DNA of 63,402 nucleotides, filler included, from Octopus bimaculoides (taxonomy: Eukaryota), in NCBI RefSeq assembly GCF_001194135.2. It is 6 parts of 6 records of this genome, joined end to end, with 100 filler letters (N's around TTAATTAATTAA, not from the genome) between each part and the next. Parts side by side here need not be neighbours in the genome. Positions count along the whole stretch, not along the records: positions 45,191 to 52,445 come from NC_068992.1; positions 52,546 to 59,807 come from NW_026437589.1; positions 59,908 to 63,402 come from NW_026411193.1; 3 more parts are not named here. One strand, 5' to 3'. Under the pieces are notes generated by a model. It worked only from the letters and a program-made list of their open reading frames with translations. It did no database searches and was not told where the DNA came from. The translations under genes and the position numbers were made by a program. Below are positions 51,181 through 63,402 of this stretch, piece by piece. Positions within the stretch are counted from its first letter, which is position 1; each line of letters opens with the position of its first letter.

Positions 51181-52667
51181 ACCTAATATTGTCAGCATGT
51201 ATCATCTTTCTGTTTCTTTGCCCCTTCATTGATTTCTATAATGTTTTGTATGTTTTTATTATTTTTAAATTTGTTATATTAATATATTTGTATGCATGTG
51301 TTTACGTTATGCGTTTTAAGAATTATGCATACTTTTCATGTGCATGTGATGTGTACTGTGGTACACGCAGCCAATTATATGCTAATATAATGTTTAACCA
51401 TAAGACTACAAGCTGACAGAATCATTAGCACACTGGGCAAATGCTTTACATTCTGAGTTCAAATTCCACCTAAGTTGACTTTGCTTTTCGTCCTTGGAGG
51501 GTGGATAAAATAAGTACCATTTGAATGTGTTACCAGTCCAGTTGACCATACAATTGGAATGAACATCTTAGAAACAGATGAAGATACATTTCCGTTAATT
51601 TTTGTTTACTAATGCACATCAACAAATGAGCCAATGAGGTAATCTCTGTGTGGTTGTTCAATTTGCTAGAAATAACAGCCAAATCTCCCTTAGACTATGC
51701 TCTAACATTTTAAAGATGAAAGACATTAAATAACGTTGCCCTATATCTTCAATAAAAAATACAGAATGGCTGAAAAACACAAAAAATGTAAACACAGAAA
51801 AATTTCACGAAATATATGTAAAATACATATGAAAAATATATGAAAATATGTAAAATATTAAGACAATTGACGAAAAATATCTACAATAAAATTCGAATTG
51901 ATAAATATAATTTTTTATTAAAACAAACCACGGGGGCGAAGTGATTCTCGTGGTGTGAAGAATCAACTCAACACAACGTGTGGGTGAAGTGAAGCACAAC
52001 ACAACTTGCGGTTATCATGGTAACAAGCTTTTAGTGCCTCACTGTCTGTTGATTGGCTAAAATTACCCGAATTTCCCCAATTTTAATTCCAAATAACATC
52101 AGATTCTTTAATTTACGAGATAAAGTAATTAGTTGAGCGAAATCAAAATTCAGAACTGCATCGATGCACCAAAATTGAGAAAAAAAAAATAGTTACAAGT
52201 GAAAAGTGAATAAAAAAAGTTTTCAATAAAACATCAAATACAAACACATTTCTTTTTATTGAAACAAATTTTCTGTTATACATGTAAGTATGGAAAGCTG
52301 AAGAAATACTGCATATGTTGAATTAAGACTAACAGTTTCATGAGGAATTTTCAAAATTAAAAACACAATTTTAAAAAAATCAGATGAGATCTAGTAGAAT
52401 GGTGGAATTGATTCCAAATGTTATTTATTTCAAGTTCATTTTGTANNNNNNNNNNNNNNNNNNNNNNNNNNNNNNNNNNNNNNNNNNNNTTAATTAATTA
52501 ANNNNNNNNNNNNNNNNNNNNNNNNNNNNNNNNNNNNNNNNNNNNATATACATATATATATATGTATATGTATGTATGTATCTATATATCTATATATAAA
52601 TATATCTATATATCTATGTATCTCTTTTACTTATTTTACTTATTTCAGTCATTTGACTGCGGCCATA

Positions 52668-52786
52668 TTATAATTGACACTAAATGTGTCTAGGGTGTAA
52701 AGAAACACCTACCATTACTAGATATAAGGGCTACACGTAATGTAGGTGTTTCTTAATAGCCTAGTCACATTTAGTGTCAATTATAA
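52668..52786. repeat. 119-nt near-perfect hairpin
   Basis: 27-bp outer stem with 1 mismatch, small internal loop, 18-bp inner stem with 1 bulge, 18-nt loop. Confidence 0.8.
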
Positions 52787-52845
52787 GTCTCCTAATTGGT
52801 AAAACATTGCAGCCTGCTGTTTATATAAATTTTAATTACATTCAT

Positions 52846-53231
52846 AGGCGCAGGAGTGGTTGTGTGGTAAGTACCTTGCTTACTCACCACATGGTTCCGG
52901 GTTCAGTCCCACTGCCTGGCACATTGGGCAAGTGTCTTCTGCTATGGCCTCGGTCCGACCAAAGCCTTGTGAGTGGATTTGGTAGACGGAAACTGAAAGA
53001 AGCCCGTCGTATATATGTATGTGTGTTTGTGTGTCTGTATTTGTACCCTCCACCATCGCTTGACAACCGATGCTGGTGTGTTTACGTCCACGTAACTTAG
53101 CGGTTCGGCAAAAAGAGAGCGATAGAATAAGTACTAGGCTTACAAAGAATAAGTCCTGGGGTCGATTTGCTCGACTAAAAGCGGTGCTCCAGCATGGCCG
53201 CAGTCAAATGACTGAAACAAGTAAAAGAGTA
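52846..53231 (+). mobile_element. Full-length tRNA-derived SINE (gggcaagtgtcttc...gactgaaacaagtaaaagagta family)
   Basis: A and B boxes at the 5' end. Other copies at about 55115-55190 plus 56140-56195, 56975-57030 and 57052-57300 (plus); 28221, 52625-52667, 57330-57450 and 57498-57832 (minus). Confidence 0.85.
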
Positions 53232-53783
53232 CGTATGAATGTATGTATGTATGTATGTACGTATGTATGTATGTATGTATGTATGTATGTATGTATGTAT
53301 GTATGTATGTATGTATGTATGTAGGTAGGTATGTATGTATGTGTGTCACCAAGCCGTGTCGAAATGTCGAAGGACTGACTAGGAACTTTAATGTTCCAAA
53401 CAAACTCGAAGAAAAAAAACTCAGAATATGAAAAATATCTCGAAGAAAAAAGTACAAAACTAGAACACAGATGTGTTTTCAATCTAACAGAGATACACAA
53501 ACACGCACACACACATACACGCGCGCGCGCATATACGAATATATATATATGTACATATAAACACATTGAAATATATAGATATATATATATATATGTGTGT
53601 GTGAGTGTGTGTGTGTATAATACACATATTACATGCAAGTATATTTTAGTGAGTGTATGTATACATATATATGTGTGTTTGTCTGGATATATATACACAT
53701 ACATACATACTTACGTACATACATACATGCATACATACATATACGTATATACATGTATACATATATACATATATATATATATG

Positions 53784-53829
<46 letters not shown>

Positions 53830-54428
53830 TAAAGAAATAGATAGACACTCTCACACACACACAAACACATATATATATATATATACGCACATATACGTAT
53901 ATANNNNNNNNNNNNNNNNNNNNNNNNNNNNNNNNNNNNNNNNNNNNNNNNNNNNNNNNNNNNNNNNNNNNNNNNNNNNNNNNNNNNNNNNNNNNNNNNN
54001 NNNNNNNNNNNNNNNNNNNNNNNNNNNNNNNNNNNNNNNNNNNNNNNNNNNNNNNNNNNNNNNNNNNNNNNNNNNNNNNNNNNNNNNNNNNNNNNNNNNN
54101 NNNNNNNNNNNNNNNNNNNNNNNNNNNNNNNNNNNNNNNNNNNNNNNNNNNNNNNNNNNNNNNNNNNNNNNNNNNNNNNNNNNNNNNNNNNNNNNNNNNN
54201 NNNNNNNNNNNNNNNNNNNNNNNNNNNNNNNNNNNNNNNNNNNNNNNNNNNNNNNNNNNNNNNNNNNNNNNNNNNNNNNNNNNNNNNNNNNNNNNNNNNN
54301 NNNNNNNNNTATGTATGTATATCTATCTATCTATCTATCTATCTACACAAATATATATATATGTATGTATATCTATCTATCTATCTACACAAACACACAC
54401 ACACGCACACATACACGCACACCCACAC

Positions 54429-54475
<47 letters not shown>

Positions 54476-56207
54476 CATATATACACAAATTTCTGGTTGC
54501 TTTACAAGCAGTTGTCAGTAAACTATGACATGGCCAACCCCTTAGTTACTTTCGTGCCCCACCAGAGGAACTCTTCTGGGAGTCCCTGGAGAGGGGAGGA
54601 GTAGGATGTGGAGGTGTGAGGGAGAGGGGGGTGTAATTAGGAGGCGAAGGAGCTGTGGGTTTGCTGTGTTGCGTTATCTCACACACAGTAGCTGAGAAGT
54701 ATGTTTTTACTAAAAAAAAAGAAATTCAAAAAAAAAAATTCACCAAAACTCCCTAAAAATACAACCCCCCCCCAAAAAAAAACGTCAAAATAAAAACAGA
54801 AAATGATGACATGACGTTACTATAGCAACAACAAAAACAACAACTGCTATAATAGCATACATACATGGTAGTATACAATAACAAGGACAAGGGCAACAAA
54901 CAATAATGTCAACAAAAACAATAGTAAAAAATACCCAATAACAAAATAATAATAATAATAAAAACAACAGCAAAAGCAACAAACAAGAATTTCAACAACT
55001 GAAGCAGTGAGAAAAAAATATCAACGCAGTAAGAAGAAGAATAACAAAAAAAAATGCAAAGAAAAATACGAAAGCAACATAAAATAACTGTGATAATAAT
55101 AACATACATAACGAGAAGGTGGTTAAGACGGTTGCTTGTGCAACGCCATGGTGCCGGGTTCAGTCCCCGCTGTGCAGCAGCTTTCTTTGGGGGGGGNNNN
55201 NNNNNNNNNNNNNNNNNNNNNNNNNNNNNNNNNNNNNNNNNNNNNNNNNNNNNNNNNNNNNNNNNNNNNNNNNNNNNNNNNNNNNNNNNNNNNNNNNNNN
55301 NNNNNNNNNNNNNNNNNNNNNNNNNNNNNNNNNNNNNNNNNNNNNNNNNNNNNNNNNNNNNNNNNNNNNNNNNNNNNNNNNNNNNNNNNNNNNNNNNNNN
55401 NNNNNNNNNNNNNNNNNNNNNNNNNNNNNNNNNNNNNNNNNNNNNNNNNNNNNNNNNNNNNNNNNNNNNNNNNNNNNNNNNNNNNNNNNNNNNNNNNNNN
55501 NNNNNNNNNNNNNNNNNNNNNNNNNNNNNNNNNNNNNNNNNNNNNNNNNNNNNNNNNNNNNNNNNNNNNNNNNNNNNNNNNNNNNNNNNNNNNNNNNNNN
55601 NNNNNNNNNNNNNNNNNNNNNNNNNNNNNNNNNNNNNNNNNNNNNNNNNNNNNNNNNNNNNNNNNNNNNNNNNNNNNNNNNNNNNNNNNNNNNNNNNNNN
55701 NNNNNNNNNNNNNNNNNNNNNNNNNNNNNNNNNNNNNNNNNNNNNNNNNNNNNNNNNNNNNNNNNNNNNNNNNNNNNNNNNNNNNNNNNATTTGTGTATA
55801 TGCATGTGTGCATATATATGTGTGTGCGCGTGTATGTCTGCGTGTATATATATACGTGTGTGTGTGTGTGTGTGTGTGTGTGTTTATCTAGTGTTATTGT
55901 GTATTTGTGTATATGCATGTGTGCATATATATGTGTGCGTGGGTATGTTTGCGTTTATATTTGTATTTATAGATATATATGGTTATGTGTGTGTGCGTAT
56001 GTGTGTGTGTGCATATGTGTGTGTGTGCGTATGTGCGTGTGTGTGTGTGTGTGTGCATATGTGTGTGTGTGCGTATGTGTGTGTGTGTGCGTATGTGTGT
56101 GTGTGTTTGTGTATATATAAGCGTGTGTGTGTGTGTGTGTCTCCCTGTAACTTAGCATTTCGGCAAAAGAGACCGATAGGATCAGTACAAGTCTTAAAAC
56201 AAATATA

Positions 56208-56555
56208 ACAAGAGTACTCAGAGAGCGCAAATCTCCGCCAAGGCAACACCAATGTCCTCTCAACGACAAACCAGAGATAATTTTTAAAATGAGAATATCT
56301 GAAATAAACTCGACTGCTCTCACAAATGAGAATACTAAAAATGAACCTGACCGCTCTCAAAAACTAAGTGAAAAAAAAAAAAGAACAGGAAAAAATAATC
56401 CAGAATCCTTGTCCGGTTTGTGATCGACCCCAACATCTAATCAGTTCGTGCCAGTTTCGAGGCCAAACATCATTGAAAGTTTCATCTGAATCCATCCAGC
56501 GGTTCTTGAGATATCTTGTCCATGGACAAACAAACAAACAAACAAACGCGACTGG
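56208..56555 (+). mobile_element. Helentron-associated / DINE-1-like non-autonomous element, 3' end missing
   Basis: aacaagagtactcagagagcgcaaatctccgcc start; core gaaagtttcatctgaatccatccagcggttcttgagatat followed by (ACAA)n, the usual layout of these elements. Confidence 0.55.
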
Positions 56556-57497
56556 TCCTCGCCATATATATCAATAACCTTTTACTACCACAGTCATTCA
56601 NNNNNNNNNNNNNNNNNNNNNNNNNNNNNNNNNNNNNNNNNNNNNNNNNNNNNNNNNNNNNNNNNNNNNNNNNNNNNNNNNNNNNNNNNNNNNNNNNNNN
56701 NNNNNNNNNNNNNNNNNNNNNNNNNNNNNNNNNNNNNNNNNNNNNNNNNNNNNNNNNNNNNNNNNNNNNNNNNNNNNNNNNNNNNNNNNNNNNNNNNNNN
56801 NNNNNNNNNNNNNNNNNNNNNNNNNNNNNNNNNNNNNNNNNNNNNNNNNNNNNNNNNNNNNNNNNNNNNNNNNNNNNNNNNNNNNNNNNNNNNNNNNNNN
56901 NNNNNNNNNNNNNNNNNNNNNNNNNNNNNNNNNNNNNNNNNNNNNNNNNNNNNNNNNNNNNNNNNNTCGACTAATATTCTCCATGACGGTGCTCCAGCAT
57001 GGCCGCAGTCTAATGACTGAAACAAGCCATTCAAATTAAAAACGTGGACACAGGCTTAGCTGTGTGGGTAAGAAGCTTTCATTGCACCCACATGGTATCA
57101 GGTTCAGTCTCACTGTGCGACGTCATATTGGACAAGTGTTTACGATTGCAGAACCGCAAGGCTGAACAACGCATTGTGAGCGAATTTGTAGATGGAAACT
57201 GCGTGGAAGCCTGTTGTATATTTATGTGTGCGTGCGTGTATATGTGTGAGTGAGTTTGTGAATGTGTGTTTTTCCCGACCACCACTTCACAACCCGGTTT
57301 AGTTGAAGAAATCAAATTCCAACTACTTATTTTTATTTTTAAAAGCTTGGTACTTATTTTATCGGTTTCATTTGCCGAACCGCTACTTTCCAGTGACGTA
57401 ATAAACATACAGCTATCGGTGGTCAAGCAGAAGTGAGGGAAGCACAAACACAACGATACACGCCAATATAGACATTTCTTTCTCATTTTTCATTCAT

Positions 57498-57832
57498 TTG
57501 TTTCAGTCATTTAACTGCGGCCATGCTGGAGCACCGCCTTTAATTGAACAAATCGACCCCAGGACTTATTCTTTGTCAGCCTAGTACTTATTCTAAGTTA
57601 GGGGGACGTGAACACACCAACATCAGTTGTCAAGCGATGGTGGTGGGGGGACAAACACACACGCACACACACTCACATACATACGACAGGCTTCTTTCAG
57701 TTTCCGTCATCCAAATCCACTCACAAGGCTTTGGTCGGCCCAAGGCTATAGTAGAAGACACTTGCTCAAGGTGCCACGCAGTGGGACTGAACCCAGAACC
57801 ATGTAGTTGGTAAGCAAGCTACTTACCACAGC
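57498..57832 (-). mobile_element. Near full-length copy of the 52846 SINE family
   Basis: Reverse-complement match to 52846-53231. Confidence 0.85.
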
Positions 57833-58387
57833 AGAAGTAACATTAATTATGACTATAATAATAATAATCCTTTCTAATATAGGCGCAAGGCCTGGATTTT
57901 GTGGAGAGAGGAACAGTCGATCACATCGACCCCAGTACTCGACTGGTACTTAATCTATCTTATCGTTCCCGAGAGGATGAAAGGCAAAGTCCTACCCGGT
58001 GGAATTTGAACTCAGAGCGTAAAGACGGACAAAATATCCCTATGCACTTTGCTCAGCGCGTTGATGATTCTGTCCGCTCGTCACCTTAATGATAATAATA
58101 ATGATAATAATAATAATAGTTTATGTAGGACTGAAGTAACTCAACAGAAGTTTTTTTATAGATATAGAGAGTAGAGTTTCTTTACTTGATTACGATTGAC
58201 ACAATCCATCACTAAGGTAAACATAGCTGACGTAATCCATCATCAAGGCAAACCCAATGACGAAAAGCGCGACTCGAAAGCGACAGTTATTTATTTGAAG
58301 TTGAACGATATTTCGGCATCTCATGTGCCTTCCTTGGTGATGGATTGTGTCAATCGTATAAAAGTAAAGAACTCTTCTCTCTATATC

Positions 58388-58468
<81 letters not shown>

Positions 58469-58518
58469 CAGCAGCAGCAGCAGCAGCAGCAGTGGTAGTA
58501 GTAGTAGTAGTAGTAATA

Positions 58519-59072
58519 ATGCCTTGATGCAGTACCAGGCCGTGGCTCTCATGGCTTCTGTTCTTAACTGATTGGAAGTGTTATCATGTACATGCTTCGA
58601 CTTAGTTTTAAAATGGGCTACAACAAATATTCCGCTCAATACCACAGATTTGCTTGTCAGTTGTTTGACCTTAGCCAGCTAAGCATGTCTCTAGTGGCTG
58701 ACGATATGTGCATCTCTGATCACGAGCAGAAGTAGTGGGGGAGCATCATAGCCATGTGTTGAGAGGAATTCTTTGGGGTTTCGATATTTCACTTTTGGAA
58801 ACATGGGTGTTTGGTTCATCATCCTTAAACAACTCTTATTCAGTAACCTTTGGAGCTGGATGGGCTACTCGACCAGAAGAAAATTCCAACAGGGCCCCAC
58901 CTGCGAGGTCATGCGCTGTTTATCTTGATATGAGATCACCATGTCGCGCACATATGGTTGTGATGCATGTGCCTGGTGTACCCTTATCAGATGGATAGTC
59001 ATGATGGGTATATTCGGCTTCGTATATTTGCATCCCAGTTTCACTTTGATGGCGCGCGCTGCTCTCTCACTC
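58519..59072 (+). mobile_element. About 550-bp non-coding interspersed element embedded in (AAT)/(AGT) repeats
   Basis: No pol III boxes seen. A partial copy lies at 39387 and a tail copy at 24777-24818; it ends ctctctcactc(AAT)n. Confidence 0.7.
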
Positions 59073-59121
<49 letters not shown>

Positions 59122-59340
59122 GAATTTCTTCATAAAGGCTGGCTATACTGTTGAAGCAAGGAGACCAAATATGATCGTAGGGGACAACAAAAACAGCAAC
59201 AAACAAACAAACAAACAAAATAACACTAGACAAAAAAAAAAAACAACTTTGTAGATAATAATAAAGTGGATACCAATATAATCAGGAAAATTGAAAAACA
59301 TGACAATCTACTCAGGGAGACGAAGAGGCGACGATTGATC
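59122..59340 (+). mobile_element. Old R4/Dong endonuclease fragment
   Basis: WNFFIKAGYTVEARRPNMIVGDNK...RKIEKHDNLLRETKR. Confidence 0.6.
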
Positions 59341-59399
59341 CCGTGGTTAAATCGTGTGCTGACTGGTGCAACTAACACACTACCTGCTAGTTGCAATAG

Positions 59400-59430
<31 letters not shown>

Positions 59431-60589
59431 GCATGCATGCATACACACTTACATACATAAATGCACATATCCATCCATCCATACGTACATTCTATTGTTA
59501 TGTATACATGCATGCATAAATGCATACATACACACACTCACACGTGCATACATATATACAAACATACGCACAGATATGCATACGTGCGTACATACATAAA
59601 AACATGAATGCATACATACATATATACTTACATGTCGTTAAAAGCACGAAATCGGGAGTAGTAAAGCAGTGAAGAGCTGACGAGCGAGTTATCTGCCTTT
59701 GATATTTTGTCCTGTACTTATCTCTCGAGTGTTTACATATTTTTCACTCGTTGGCGATGTCCTGTGCTTAATGAGCATTATATATATATATATATATATA
59801 AATATATNNNNNNNNNNNNNNNNNNNNNNNNNNNNNNNNNNNNNNNNNNNNTTAATTAATTAANNNNNNNNNNNNNNNNNNNNNNNNNNNNNNNNNNNNN
59901 NNNNNNNCGTAGGTTTTTCTTTCCACGGATAACCTCCCCATTTATTGGGAATTTTTTGTATTATTTCGTATTTTTTGTAAATACCCCAAATACCCCAAAC
60001 GTTTTGCGATGTTTTTTTTCATCGTTGTCCCCACTTTTGTTTTTTTTCTGCTTTGTTTTCGACCCCCTCGAAAAGAAAAACTCTACATTTGTATTTTGTC
60101 CCCTCTGTGTTGAGCCCTGTGTGGCTAATAAAGAAACCTATCTATCTATCTATCTCTCTGTCTATCTGTCTGTCTGTCTCCATCTCTGTCTGTTTCTCTC
60201 GCTCTCTCTCTCTCTCTATATATGTGTGTGTGTGTGTTACGTATAAAGTGCTGAGCATTATGCATGTAGCATTATGTATATAGGAATGCAGTATAATGCA
60301 TGTAATGTGTGTGTGTGTGTGTGTATGTGTGTGTGCGTGTTTGACTTTTGTATAGTAATATCTACAAACATTCACTGAAGGATCACTCAATACATTTGAG
60401 TAACTGCTTTAAGGGGAAAATGTCTCATAGTGTATATGTGTGTAAATGTATGATTTATGTGTGTTTGTGTCTTTATTACGTTAAATGTGGTGTCGTGAAG
60501 CCAGCTATATTACTGTCTGACCCTGTGGTAACCTATTTAACCACTGTTACTGTCAAACATTAGTTCAGATAGTTATACTGTGATCCCCC

Positions 60590-61340
60590 CAACCTACTCT
60601 CTTCCTCATGCCCCTCTTTCACTCATCTACCTTCTGTCTATATCTTGCTATCTCACTATCTCTCACACTCTATCGCTCCCCCTCTCTGTCTCCCACTATA
60701 TCCTGTCACAACCTATCTCACAGTATCTTTCTATGTCACTATTTCTCACACTACCTATCTGTCCTGTCTATCTACCTTTGCCACTATGTCTGTCTGTCTG
60801 TCTCTTTATCTCTCTCTGTCTCTTTCTCTCTCTCTCTCTATCTATCTATCTCGTCTTTCTTTCTCATACCTATTTCCCCTTTCTCTCTCTTATTCAAATT
60901 TCTATTTCCATTTTCTCTCCATTCCTTGTCTTACTGCTTTATATCACCTTTGCCGTGTCTCTCTTCTCCATTCTTCCTACCTCTTTCTCTCTCCCTCTCA
61001 CCTCTCTTATTTTACTATCTCGTTTCTTTCTCATTCTCCTTCACATACTTCTCACCTCTTGTTTTTCCTGTCTGTTCTCCGTCTCCCTTACATACCCTCT
61101 CTTTTACTCCTTCCGTATCTTTCTCCATTTCGGTTTTTTTTTCTTCATCGCTCTTGTCAGTCCTAGATCTCTCTTTCTCCCTCCCTCTCTCTCTTCCTCC
61201 TCTCCTCCTCCCTCTCTCTTTTTCTCTCATCCCATCATTCTCTTCTGTATATCTCTTCTCATGCTTTCCTTCTCACTCTCTCTCGTTCTCTTCCTTTCTT
61301 CTTTCCTCGTCGCAATATGTCTTTTCCTTCTCCCTTCAGT
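60590..61340. repeat. About 750-bp CT-rich polypyrimidine low-complexity tract
   Basis: Read directly; it explains the 277-aa and 371-aa L/S/F-rich ORFs. Confidence 0.9.
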
Positions 61341-61838
61341 ATATCTGTCTCCTCTATGTTCTACAAATTACAATGAGGACCGGATCCATTCATTTTCGTC
61401 TGTGCGCTTATAGGTACACTGCCCGCTTATATTTGCTTAATTTCTTTATCTTAAACATTCTTTTGAATTCGTACCTATTAACATTGAAAATCTATTATAT
61501 ACTGCGCTATAGATCCGCTATGCTGTGTGTCCTGTTTAGATGTCTGCCCATTATACTATGTAATCCATCATTCTATGTGCCCACGTCCATCATGCTATGT
61601 ACCAATTTTTACACATCCATCGTATTATGTACTCTCTTGTGTTATGCAACCAGTTTAGACGTATTATGTTGTGTACTTCACACATTTAGTATATATATGA
61701 TAGGGTATGTATATTTTGAGTAATAAAAAAATATTTGTAGAATTAATAAGGTATAGAAATCAGAACTGTTGGCATTCAATAAAACCATATTCCTTAATGC
61801 TTTTGTAAATATAAAGTAACCTCGTTATGTGTAACAGG

Positions 61839-63065
61839 CAGTGGTGGGCGCAGCTACCCAAAAAGTTAGCTTCGTTAACTGACTAATCCGCTAACTAAAA
61901 AAGTTAGCTTTGCAAACGCTAAGCTGCTAAACAAGTAAAAAAAACATCAATTAGCAGTAGCTAACGCTAACTGATGACTGCTAACTTTTATCATATGAAT
62001 TTAACCTCGGCTTGGTTTTGGGGCTTTAAACCCCTTAAAAACAGTCATAGAGATCTGAAATTTTTATGTTGTAACTTAGACAAAGAGCCAAGATCAGATG
62101 ATGATCAAGGTGTACGCAAGTAAATGAACAAATGAAATTAAAGATGATGAAAGGTGTACTACTCTGTCTGGGCCTTCTACATCGTCTCGACATGATACTG
62201 ATTGCCCCTTATAAATATCAGCCCCTCAAAGTTACCATCTGGTGGGGTGACCCTCTTGGCCATCAAAATATCTTTGCCCATAGAGAATAGGTGCTCAACT
62301 GCAGCATTGGATGGGATGGCGGTGTTAAAGTTTGTGAACAGGTTGATCAAGACTTGCTCACACAAAAAGCGACTTCAGTCAGGAGCTCCTTCAAGATGGC
62401 CTCCAGCCAGGTCTTCAAGTTTTGTGCCTTGGACTTCAGTGACCTCTGGTTCCTGCTCTTCCTGAACCGAGTGATGTTCCCGAAGAAATAATCTTTCTCA
62501 TCCTCATTGCTGGTGCTGCTGCCCTTCTCATTAGTCTCCATTAAGGCTCTCTCTATGATGGTTCGTTACTCTGCTAACCTGGCTGTTATTATACTTCTCC
62601 AACCAAAACAGGCAAAGCTTGGGGTGGAAGGTAGCAGCCAGCTGACTCCAGGTCTTCTGGGAGGAGTCGAAACCTTTTCATGATGTTTGCCAGTATCATG
62701 TCTATCAGAGGACTGCAATACAGGTGATGTTTGAAACATCTGGATCGGCAATAACCTCAGGAATGTCTGGCAAGATTTCACCTTTTTTACCAAACTGCAT
62801 AAATGCCTTGACAAAGTTTTTGCTGTTCTCCGTCGTGGTCCTGGTCACTTTGTGTTGCAGATGGAAATTGTAATGTGTGTCCACCATGGCTTGGGCGAGA
62901 ACATCAAAGTTGTGATATCTTTTGAGCCGAGAGTGGGCCAGGATGGCTTGTTATTTCGTGCGAGTCTTCAGGTCCAGCCTGTATGCCGTCATCCCCAGGT
63001 AGGACCTGTTGTGGGCTGACCAGCAGTCCATGGTGGTTGCTAACCAGGGAACATCCTTCAGCAAT
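61839..63065 (-). pseudogene. hAT (Ac/Tol2-like) transposon right half with internally deleted transposase
   Basis: ATTMDCWSAHNRSYLGMTAY; RLKRYHNFDVLA; KVTRTTTENSKNFVKAF; AATFHPK; dimerisation domain NTAIPSNAAVEHLFSMGKDIL; terminal CAGTGGTGGGC with many gctaac/gttagc subterminal repeats. Confidence 0.88.
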
Positions 63066-63194
63066 CTGCAATAAAGAAATGTTAAATTGTAAAGAGACAT
63101 AAGGTGTAGAGTTAAAAACTTTAAACTTGATGACAGGATAGAAATTTTGGAAAGAACACGAGAGTGCGAAGCCAAAAACAGCTGCCATTATTTA

Positions 63195-63253
63195 TAAGGT
63201 TAAGGAATTTATTAACAATTGAAACCCGTCAGTGACTTTCAGGACACCCTGTA
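63195..63253 (-). mobile_element. Tc1/mariner-like terminal inverted repeat
   Basis: The minus strand reads TA|CAGGGTGTCCTGAAAGTCAC, a Tc1/mariner-type terminus at a TA site. Confidence 0.5.
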
Positions 63254-63265
63254 TATATGCATATA

Positions 63266-63306
<41 letters not shown>

Positions 63307-63402
63307 AGAGGTATTATTTGTACATATATATGTAAAAGTATGTGTATATGTATGTATATATATCTGTATGTGTGTAAATATATATATATATATATATATA
63401 TA

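Noticed and set aside
27587-53231. tRNA genes at the heads of several repeats
   Set aside because: The A and B boxes continue into shared SINE bodies and do not close an acceptor stem.
60580-61723. 277-aa and 371-aa hydrophobic ORFs that look like membrane proteins
   Set aside because: They arise from the CT-rich tract, are open in several frames at once and have no domain motifs.
96-63402. The many ORFs made of YIYI, CVCV, HTHT, LSLS, poly-Q/N/T/D or long X runs
   Set aside because: They are translations of microsatellites or N gaps, which simply lack stop codons.

Overview
AT-rich, microsatellite-dense eukaryotic draft sequence with many N gaps. The repeat content suggests a coleoid cephalopod, probably Octopus; this is an inference from remembered SINE sequences and was not searched. 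Five 100-bp gaps carry a synthetic TTAATTAATTAA linker, so the window is six joined pieces. Only one convincing host gene is present: a >3.7 kb ORF on the minus strand (48967 to 45191) with no stop and no visible intron, apart from one internal 217-N gap. It reads signal peptide, three tandem beta-sandwich-like repeats, ANF-receptor/Venus-flytrap domain, three EGF-like repeats, one TM helix and a receptor-guanylyl-cyclase-type pseudokinase domain. It is cut by a gap before any cyclase domain. The rest is decayed mobile DNA: R4/Dong, RTE, CR1/L2-like and Penelope-like retroelement fragments, two hAT transposase relics, several tRNA-derived SINE families, MITEs and foldback hairpins. The best non-coding find is a complete type I hammerhead ribozyme motif (minus strand, 40580-40624) enclosed by a 30-bp inverted repeat next to a gap. 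Almost all other ORFs in the track come from microsatellites or N runs.
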